Translations under genes and position numbers: made by a program
Shown here: positions 19,809 through 26,627 of the stretch, piece by piece
Layout of the letters: every line of letters begins with the position of its first letter
How positions within the stretch are numbered: the stretch's first letter is position 1
The notes under the pieces: model-generated
Seen by the model: the letters and a program-made list of their open reading frames with translations, nothing else
Databases searched by the model: none
What the model was told of the DNA's origin: nothing
From: Dickeya dadantii NCPPB 898
GTDB taxonomy: Bacteria > Pseudomonadota > Gammaproteobacteria > Enterobacterales > Enterobacteriaceae
Direction of reading: 5' to 3'
Assembly (NCBI RefSeq): GCF_000406145.1
Contig: NZ_CM001976.1
Coordinates: 807,260 to 839,259, forward strand
Length of the DNA: 32,000 bases

Positions 19809-20426
19809 CTAGGGCGATAAGCTACGCAGTATCAGGCTGGACAGCTGTGTCGGCGCCTTCTCGGCATAATCGAAACTGTGCTGCAATATCAGTGGGTTGA
19901 GATAAGGACGCATGACGAGATAAATCGCCGCCGCCGTTTCATCAAGCGGCGTTTTTCGTTCAAAATCCCCGCTTTGTCGGCCTTCCAGCAAAATATCATG
20001 CAGCAGTGTCTGGATGCGTTCTTCATAGGCGATCGCCGACTGCCAGCGCTCGCTGGCGGAGGAAGCGGCAATTTCATACAGCTTTCTGTCATGGAAGAAC
20101 AAACGAAGGCTGGCTTCGACGGCGGATTTAAACATTTGTCGCAATTTTTCCGGCGGCTGATCGGCTTCCTCAATGGCGGCACGAATTTCTGCTTCGATCT
20201 CTTGCAGGCAGTTGGCACAAATCATCTCGCCAATGACCTGCTTGGATGAGAAGAACTTGTAAATGTAGGCCTTGGAAAAACCGATGGCTTTGGCGAGGTC
20301 AGAAACCGTAGTTTTTTCATAGCCATAAAGTCTGAAGTGCTCAGTAGCGGCGCTCACTATCTGATCCCGTACATCATGATCAGCCGGGCCCCGGTTCGAC
20401 ACGGGATAAGGGTTTTCTTTACTCAT
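19809..20426 (-). CDS. TetR/AcrR-family transcriptional repressor
   Basis: ATG at 20426. The HTH is TTVSDLAKAIGFSKAYIYKFF. Length is about 205 aa, upstream of the pump genes. Confidence 0.9.
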   Translation of the reverse strand: MSKENPYPVSNRGPADHDVRDQIVSAATEHFRLYGYEKTTVSDLAKAIGFSKAYIYKFFSSKQVIGEMICANCLQEIEAEIRAAIEEADQPPEKLRQMFKSAVEASLRLFFHDRKLYEIAASSASERWQSAIAYEERIQTLLHDILLEGRQSGDFERKTPLDETAAAIYLVMRPYLNPLILQHSFDYAEKAPTQLSSLILRSLSP

Positions 20427-20496
20427 AGTTTGCAATTTGCCCCTGACGTAATACACAAGGGGGGAAGTTTACCCCCTGACCTTCTCGTTGACAACG

Positions 20497-20521
20497 AGTG
20501 ACCAATTTGTAATATGGTCAC
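20497..20521. promoter_or_regulatory. Putative TetR operator O2 in the tetR/OMF divergent region
   Basis: The site is AGTGACCAATTTGTAATATGGTCAC (GTGAC-N14-GTCAC). It overlaps TTGACA (20488-20493)-N16-TAATAT (20510-20515), which faces the OMF gene. Confidence 0.55.
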
Positions 20522-20551
20522 AAATCGGTGCAATGTCTATGGTGGAAAAAT

Positions 20552-22030
20552 ATGTTACCCAAGTCTCCCGTTATCGTCCTTACCGTGGCTGGTTTGTTAG
20601 CCGGTTGTGCTGTCGGCCCTGATTACACCCGGCCTGCTGTGTCAATGCAGGAAAAATACCTTGGTCAGGAGGCTGTAAATCAACGACATGCCGCCGCCCG
20701 TGCCGAGCTTCTGACGTGGTGGGAGGGGTTCGGCGATCCGCAATTAACCCGATTTATCACGCAGGCGTTGCAGCAGAATCTCGATCTTGCGCAGGCTTCC
20801 GCGCGCGTGGTGCAGGCCCGCGCCGGTCTTGGCGCGGCGAATGCCGCACTGCTGCCTTCCGGCAACATTTCCGGTCAGGCGGGCCGTGCCTACCAGTCTG
20901 TCGAAACCCCGTTGGGGAAAGTACTGAATTCGACGCCGGGTTTCGACCGCTACGGTAATTCTTACGAGGCCAATCTCGGTGCCAGTTGGGAACTGGATGT
21001 GTTCGGCGGCCTGCGCCGCGGGCGGGAAGCGGCTCTTGCCGAGTATCAGGCGTCTGAAGCGGGAGTGGTGGCAACACGTCTGGCGGTAGCCGCACAAACC
21101 GCCGACATCTACATCACGATTCGTGGACTACAGGCCCGTCTGAACGTCGCCCGTCGGCAAGTACAAACGCAGCAGGATTTGCTCGCAATCATCAACCGCT
21201 TGCATGACAAAGGGTTGGCGGCGGAGCTTCAGGTAAGACAGGCCGAAGGCGCGTTGGCGCAGGTGCAGGCATCGGTGCCGGTTTTACAAACCGCGCTGGA
21301 TACGGCGATGAACGCACTGGATGTGATGCTGGGGGCGGCGCCGGGCACGAACCGGGCAGTACTGGCGGAGACCAGCGCCATTCCCGCCGCGCCGCAAATC
21401 GCCGCGACCGGCACGCCGGGCGAGCTGCTTCGACGCCGGCCGGACCTGATCGTGGCTGAGCGTCGCTTAGCCGCATCCAACGCGCGTATTGGTATCGCCG
21501 TTGCCGAGTATTACCCCAAATTTTCCCTGAGTGGGCTGCTTGGCAGCGCGACGACGGTATCCAGCGGCAACCTGTTTAGCAACGGCGCCAGCCAATCGTC
21601 CGGTGTGATCGGTTTGCGCTGGCGGCTGTTCGATTTTGGCCGCATCAATGCGCAGATCAACCAGGCCAAAGGCCAGGAGGCTGAGATGTTGGCCGCCTAT
21701 CGGCTGGCGGTATTGCAGGCGACTGAAGATGTGGAAAATGCCTTCTCGGCGCTGGTTAACCATGAGGAGCAGGCCCGCGTGTTGACGCAAGGGGTTGATT
21801 CACTCAGCCGGGCGCGGGATGCCGCGTTTGCGGCCTATCAGCACGGCACCCTTAGCCTGATAGAGGTGCTGCAAGCCGACGAAAGTATGCTGCGGGCTTC
21901 TGATGCGCGACTTCAGGCGCAAGCCGAATCCGCACGCGCGGCGGTCGCGGCGTTCAAAGCGCTTGGCGGCGGCTGGCAACCCGGTGAAACGGCGGCGGCT
22001 CCCAGTCAGCACAGCAATAGCGGCGTTTAA
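20552..22030 (+). CDS. Efflux outer-membrane factor lipoprotein (NodT family)
   Basis: ATG at 20552 follows GGTGGA. The lipobox is LLAGCAV. The product is OprM/NodT-like with repeated coiled-coil halves. Confidence 0.9.
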   Translation: MLPKSPVIVLTVAGLLAGCAVGPDYTRPAVSMQEKYLGQEAVNQRHAAARAELLTWWEGFGDPQLTRFITQALQQNLDLAQASARVVQARAGLGAANAALLPSGNISGQAGRAYQSVETPLGKVLNSTPGFDRYGNSYEANLGASWELDVFGGLRRGREAALAEYQASEAGVVATRLAVAAQTADIYITIRGLQARLNVARRQVQTQQDLLAIINRLHDKGLAAELQVRQAEGALAQVQASVPVLQTALDTAMNALDVMLGAAPGTNRAVLAETSAIPAAPQIAATGTPGELLRRRPDLIVAERRLAASNARIGIAVAEYYPKFSLSGLLGSATTVSSGNLFSNGASQSSGVIGLRWRLFDFGRINAQINQAKGQEAEMLAAYRLAVLQATEDVENAFSALVNHEEQARVLTQGVDSLSRARDAAFAAYQHGTLSLIEVLQADESMLRASDARLQAQAESARAAVAAFKALGGGWQPGETAAAPSQHSNSGV

Positions 22031-22062
22031 ATTTTATTCATAACACTGAGCGTTGGGCCCGC

Positions 22063-23472
22063 ATGATGACTAAATTATTACCGAACGCAAATCGAAGCCA
22101 TGAGCCGACCGCCAAACAGTTGACCACGGATATTCTGGTCGGCCCCATCCTGCCGGTCATGCTGCGGCTGGCGTTGCCGACGGTTGCGGTGCTGGTGGTT
22201 CAGGCGCTGGTGGGGGTAGTGGAAACCTACTTTGTCAGCTCGCTTGGCGCTGATGTATTAGCCGGGGTGGCGGTGGTATTTCCCGTCTTGATGCTGATGC
22301 AGATGATGGCGAACGGCGGCATCGGCGGGGGATTATCATCGGCGATATCGCGGGCATCCGGCGCAGGTCGATGGCAGGATGCACAGGCGCTGGTATGGCA
22401 TGGCGTTATTATTGCTGGTGTGCTGGGGGCCGCCTTTGCCGCCATTATCCTCATCGGCGGTGAGGCGCTGTATCGCGTAATGGGGGTTAAAGGGCCGTCG
22501 CTTTCTGCCGCGTTGGCCTATTCCAATCTTGTGTTTGCAGGGTCGCCGCTAGTCTGGCTGGTTGCGTTGTTGTCTGCCGCTCTGCGCGGTGCGGGCGACA
22601 CGAAAACCCCCGCGCGTATCACCTTGCTGGGGGGCGCTATCCTGCTGCCGCTGTCTCCTGCGCTGATAATGGGATGGGGGCCGATACAGTCGTTTGGCGT
22701 TGCCGGCGCGGGGATAGCGATACTGATCTACTATCTCTTTGCCACGCTATTACTGGTCAGGCATATGCGTTCAGCCAACAGTGTTATCAGGCTGTCAATC
22801 GCACCGCTGAGTTCCCGATTATTCAAAGATGTGCTTGGCGTTGGTTTCCTGTCGGCCATCGGTACTGTGCAGATCAATTTGACCGTTACCGTAGTGACTG
22901 CCGTTGTCGGGCTGTTCGGGCCTGATGCCATCGCCGGGTATGGCATCGCTTCACGGCTGGATTATCTGCAAATCCCGCTGCTGTTTGGGCTGGGGACGGC
23001 GATCATGACGATGGTCGGCGTCAATATCGGTGCGGGGAAAAAGCAGCGCGCACAACGTATTGCCTGGGTTGGCGCCGCCGTCGCGTTTACGTTTACGGAA
23101 TTAATCGGGCTTGTCGTGGCGGTTTACCCGCGCCTTTGGCTTTCGCTGTTTAGCGACGATCACGCCATTCTGGCGGCAGGGACCAGCTACCTGCAAAACG
23201 TCGCGCCGTTTTATGGTGCCATTGGCATCGCCATGGCGCTCTATTTCGCCGGTCAGGGAGCGAAACGCGTGCTCTGGCCTGTATTAGCAGGAACCGCACG
23301 CATGGCGATCGCGGCTTTTGCGGGATGGCTGGCTGTCGTACAGTTTGATGCTGACTTGTCATCGCTTTTCAAGATCGTCGCGCTGAGTGCTTTTATTTAT
23401 GGTGCCATCACTGTTGCAGCCAGTTTAGCCATTGGACGGACAACTCGCGCGGCTGCGCCGACGATAACTTGA
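22063..23472 (+). CDS. MATE-family efflux transporter
   Basis: 469 aa with a 12-TM layout. The N-terminal motif is PILPVMLRLALPTVAVLVVQALVGVVETYFVS. The start could also be 22066. Confidence 0.85.
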   Translation: MMTKLLPNANRSHEPTAKQLTTDILVGPILPVMLRLALPTVAVLVVQALVGVVETYFVSSLGADVLAGVAVVFPVLMLMQMMANGGIGGGLSSAISRASGAGRWQDAQALVWHGVIIAGVLGAAFAAIILIGGEALYRVMGVKGPSLSAALAYSNLVFAGSPLVWLVALLSAALRGAGDTKTPARITLLGGAILLPLSPALIMGWGPIQSFGVAGAGIAILIYYLFATLLLVRHMRSANSVIRLSIAPLSSRLFKDVLGVGFLSAIGTVQINLTVTVVTAVVGLFGPDAIAGYGIASRLDYLQIPLLFGLGTAIMTMVGVNIGAGKKQRAQRIAWVGAAVAFTFTELIGLVVAVYPRLWLSLFSDDHAILAAGTSYLQNVAPFYGAIGIAMALYFAGQGAKRVLWPVLAGTARMAIAAFAGWLAVVQFDADLSSLFKIVALSAFIYGAITVAASLAIGRTTRAAAPTIT

Positions 23473-23493
23473 GTGGTGGTTACTGCAACTAAT

Positions 23494-23625
23494 TGTGAGT
23501 GAATACTGTTTAGTGACACCCGTTTTTTGATATTTCCAGGTTTTCAGCCATCAATCTGTATTCTTCCGGCGTCAGGTTATTCAGGGATTCATGGGGGGCT
23601 CGCGGTTGTATTGTGCATGACGAGA
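23494..23625 (-). mobile_element. Degraded 3' end of an IS3-family transposase (orfB tail) with a putative terminal repeat
   Basis: The minus strand reads …HAQYNRE / (frame slip at a C-run) / PHESLNNLTPEEYRLMAENLEISKNGCH*, the DDE-integrase C-terminal signature YNxxRPHxxL. There is a TGA just upstream, and no intact transposase ORF. Confidence 0.6.
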
Positions 23626-23778
23626 TCCTCAGGGGAGGGCGATATCAGTATGTCGGAAGATCTCTAAAAATGAAGGGTTCGGTTTAGTGGGATACTTACA
23701 GACCTAACAAGGTGCCTAAAAGGTTCGGATTTAATTAGTTTGCATCAGACTTCACGGGACAAATTACAGGCACAAAAA

Positions 23779-23808
23779 AGCCCGCGGGCTTGCGCCATGC
23801 GGGCTTTT
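23779..23808. terminator. Bidirectional-looking hairpin at the core/island junction
   Basis: The sequence is AAAAAGCCCGC-loop-GCGGGCTTTT: a 7-bp GC stem with an A-run before it and a T-run after it. Confidence 0.4.
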
Positions 23809-23997
23809 AGGGCTTCATCGGGCTGGGGGAATCTGAATTTTCAACGTAATATTATGATATTAATCATATAAATATGAATTCAGACTTTGTGTGTATACCT
23901 AAACGTATACCAATGTTGAAAAGTGATGGGGCGTTTTGCCTGCGGCTTGCCTTGTCAGGCAACGTCTTTTCATCACCGTCTTCCACGCCATTTTTAT

Positions 23998-24103
23998 AAG
24001 TACACGCGAATATCACTTTTTGGTGGTTTTCGTGTGTACTTGACTGAGTGAGGTTATTCAAGTATACGTGAATAACATAATTATGTGGTTTTCATGTGGA
24101 CTT
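23998..24103. promoter_or_regulatory. Twin imperfect inverted repeats, the likely AbiEi operator/promoter
   Basis: IR1 is AAGTACACGCGAA (23998-24010) / TTCGTGTGTACTT (24029-24041). IR2 is AAGTATACGTGAA (24060-24072) / TTCATGTGGACTT (24091-24103). The two units are about 45-bp direct copies of each other and end 4 nt before the abiEi ATG. Confidence 0.55.
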
Positions 24104-24107
24104 GTGA

Positions 24108-24653
24108 ATGGACAGAATCACGGCTATTGAACGTTTAAACGCATTCGATAAGCAAGGGCGCTATGTTTTCACTTCCCGCGATTTAGCCAAAATTTTTCAT
24201 GAAGATCGCCCCAGAGCGTTTAATGCCGGGCTAAATCGACTGGTAAAAGATGGCATTCTGACCCGTGCGATTCGCGGGGTGTACGTCTATAACCATGCCA
24301 AAAGCAAAGACGCTTATACGCTTGAGCGCATCGTGTTAGCGCTGCGACGTGGCGAGTATAACTATCTCAGCCTTGAATCAGCGTTGTCTGAGTATGGTGT
24401 CATTTCTCAAATCCCGATTGGCCGGATCACGGTAATGACAACAGGACGTTCAGAAGAACATAAAACGCCTTTCGGTGTGATCGAATTTACCCATACCAAG
24501 AGGCCGCCTGAGCAGATTTTGCAGGATACCTATTTTGGTCATTCCCCATTAAGGCAAGCGACTAAACAAACTGCGGTGAGGGATTTACGCCGCGTCGGAC
24601 GTAACACCCATCTGATCGACGAATCGGAGCTATACCATGAATCAGAAAGTTAA
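24108..24653 (+). CDS. abiEi: Type IV toxin-antitoxin / abortive infection antitoxin AbiEi
   Basis: 181 aa. The N-terminal wHTH-like region (…FTSRDLAKIF…GLNRLVKDGILTRAIRGVYVY) is typical of the AbiEi_4 family. It overlaps the next gene by 17 nt. Confidence 0.8.
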   Translation: MDRITAIERLNAFDKQGRYVFTSRDLAKIFHEDRPRAFNAGLNRLVKDGILTRAIRGVYVYNHAKSKDAYTLERIVLALRRGEYNYLSLESALSEYGVISQIPIGRITVMTTGRSEEHKTPFGVIEFTHTKRPPEQILQDTYFGHSPLRQATKQTAVRDLRRVGRNTHLIDESELYHESES

Positions 24654-25554
24654 CTTTGCCGAGCTGGTCAGCAAAGCGATGGAATCGGCCGAGCTTGAAG
24701 GTCTTCGTAACGTGGTGGAAAAGGAGCTTTTGCACTATGACATTCTTTACTGTCTGGATAGTGCGGGTTTACTGGAACAACTTACTTTCCAGGGGGGAAC
24801 CTCGTTAAGGTTGTGTCACGGCGGAAATCGGTTCAGCGAGGATTTGGATTTTGCCGGGGGGATCGCGTTTTCCGGTGCAGACCTGAAGAACATGAAAACC
24901 TGTATTGAAGAGTATTTAGGGGGGCGCTACGGCCTTGAAGTAAACGTAAAAGAACCCCATGAGTTACGTCATGAGCCCGGTTATGAGGAAGTGCGTATCG
25001 ATAAATGGCAAGTGTCTGTTACCACGGCACCGGAAAAACGTGATATGCCAAGGCAGCGAGTCAAGATTGAGATCGCCAATATTCCAGCCTACACAAGAAC
25101 GCCGATGGCATTAAAACGTAACTATGATGTTTTACCGGATGGTTATTCCGATACATTGGTTATGTGTGAAACACTGAATGAAGTAATGTGCGACAAACTG
25201 GTTTCTCTTGTCGCCACCACAAAATATATCCGCTACCGTGACGTTTGGGACTTACCGTGGTTAATCCAGCAGAACGCAACCTATGATCTCGACCTGATCC
25301 GCAAGAAAATACAGGACTACCAAATCCCAAATTATGCTGATCTATTGGCACAGCGGATACAGAGCATTGAGCAGATTGTCGGGGATGGTCGCTTTAGCGC
25401 GGAAATGCGGCGATTCCTGCCACAAGCGGTATTTGACAGAACACTGGGGCGTGAGGCATTTAGCCAATATTTGAGTGGTGAGTTAAAAACACTCTTGAGC
25501 ACGTTACAGCAGGAGTTAAAAGGGCAGGGAGGGAAAGCACCTTTCATCATGTGA
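24637..25554 (+). CDS. abiEii: AbiEii/AbiGii-family nucleotidyltransferase toxin
   Basis: 305 aa. The NTase motif is FQGGTSLRLCHGGNRFSEDLDF. The gene is paired with abiEi. Confidence 0.8.
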   Translation: MNQKVNFAELVSKAMESAELEGLRNVVEKELLHYDILYCLDSAGLLEQLTFQGGTSLRLCHGGNRFSEDLDFAGGIAFSGADLKNMKTCIEEYLGGRYGLEVNVKEPHELRHEPGYEEVRIDKWQVSVTTAPEKRDMPRQRVKIEIANIPAYTRTPMALKRNYDVLPDGYSDTLVMCETLNEVMCDKLVSLVATTKYIRYRDVWDLPWLIQQNATYDLDLIRKKIQDYQIPNYADLLAQRIQSIEQIVGDGRFSAEMRRFLPQAVFDRTLGREAFSQYLSGELKTLLSTLQQELKGQGGKAPFIM

Positions 25555-25792
25555 ACATCCATGCCCAAATAAAAAGATTCTTCGAAAAACTGTTCACCCT
25601 CTTCACTCGATAGTTTTGTTATTTATAATCAATGCATTAATGGGTGATGAGTAACTCAGAAAGTGACGGTGACTCATCACTCTCTCCTGACAAGCTAAGA
25701 GGCTAAAGACTGCGACTATTAGTGAGAACAATAAAATGAGTGGGATGGTGATAATATAGTAGAAATTTTTAACGTCCCTGTTAAGTGAGTTA

Positions 25793-26386
25793 TCAATCCT
25801 CCCAATGGGCTTCAATGAACTGTATTTCTTTATTAACTCTAACTTCTTGTTTTTCTTTATTTCCCGAAAAGAAAAATTCTTTCCCTGACGTAAGATCAAG
25901 TACTGAATATTCAAAACCCTGATCGCCAATTGCCCTTTCCATTAAAAAGCAAATGAAATTAGCTCTCTCTTGAGTCATTTTCTCGCTATTGCTAAAATGT
26001 AGTTTTACTAATTTTGATTTTCCTTGTAGGTTTACGTTTAATTCAGGGTTGCATGATATATCTGTTTTTGCATAGTGATAGTATCTTTTGGGTGCGGGGA
26101 ATCCGGTAATGTTTTTTCCTGATTGCCACTCATTGAATACGTTAACTATTTTTTCAAAGTATATCTTTTTTGAGGAATTTTTTTCTTTTCTGCATAAATC
26201 ATAGAGCTCTGATATATGTCCTTTTTTTACTATTAATTTTTTTATTGCATCTCTTATTTTCTTATAAAAATCCTTACCCGGATGATAATCTGGTCTATTT
26301 GCTATGGATTTTATTTTGTTGATCTTTGTTTGAGGTGAGGTATTAACAGCAATTGATGAAAACTCAGCAACACCTAGTGATGGCAT
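25793..26386 (-). CDS. Hypothetical 197-aa protein: AT-rich cargo gene with no recognisable domain
   Basis: ATG at 26386 follows GGAGA-N7. The ORF is clean in very AT-rich DNA (19/60 G+C at 26101-26160). It has an AT-rich upstream region of its own, with TTGATA-N17-ATAATA on the minus strand. The product is Lys-rich, with no TM segment and no signal peptide. Confidence 0.7.
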   Translation of the reverse strand: MPSLGVAEFSSIAVNTSPQTKINKIKSIANRPDYHPGKDFYKKIRDAIKKLIVKKGHISELYDLCRKEKNSSKKIYFEKIVNVFNEWQSGKNITGFPAPKRYYHYAKTDISCNPELNVNLQGKSKLVKLHFSNSEKMTQERANFICFLMERAIGDQGFEYSVLDLTSGKEFFFSGNKEKQEVRVNKEIQFIEAHWED

Positions 26387-26586
26387 AGTATTTCTCCGTA
26401 TTGTCATTGTTATGAGGGAAAATATCACTGGTTAATCATTTGGACAATGATTTGTTAAGGGTGGGTGATTGGTGATTATTTTATTATTATTTAATATTCA
26501 GCTAATATATCAATCATGATATAACTTTTCCTTATAATCTTGAGATTAATTATATTCTAAGTTTTTTGGTGAAAAAGTATTCACGG

Positions 26587-26606
26587 CAAAACCGGCCGGA
26601 GCCGGC
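26587..26606 (-). terminator. Putative terminator of the alpha gene
   Basis: The minus strand reads AGCCGGC-TCCG-GCCGG-TTTT, starting about 20 nt after the alpha stop. Confidence 0.45.
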
Positions 26607-26627
26607 TGTGCCGCTGTCTATGCGGGA

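Noticed and set aside
23864-24061. 65-aa minus-strand ORF in the abiE upstream region
   Set aside because: It overlaps the operator repeats and the AT-rich junction, has no RBS, and is probably a chance ORF.
23640-24100. Search for a tRNA/tmRNA gene or its 3' fragment as the attachment site
   Set aside because: No cloverleaf or GGTTCGAATCC…CCA-type T-arm/acceptor end could be recognised. The GGTTCGG motifs are too short to call. The real tRNA target is expected at the integrase end, outside the window.
25603-25929. 108-aa ORF with one hydrophobic helix (FYYIITIPLILLFSLIVAVFSLLA) downstream of orf197: a possible small membrane partner
   Set aside because: It needs a TTG start that overlaps orf197 by 137 nt. 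An internal TTG at 25815 has no SD. The 9-bp-stem hairpin (25644-25680) lies inside it. AT-rich DNA readily yields Phe/Ile/Leu runs by chance. It is worth a ribosome-profiling check but is not supported as a gene.
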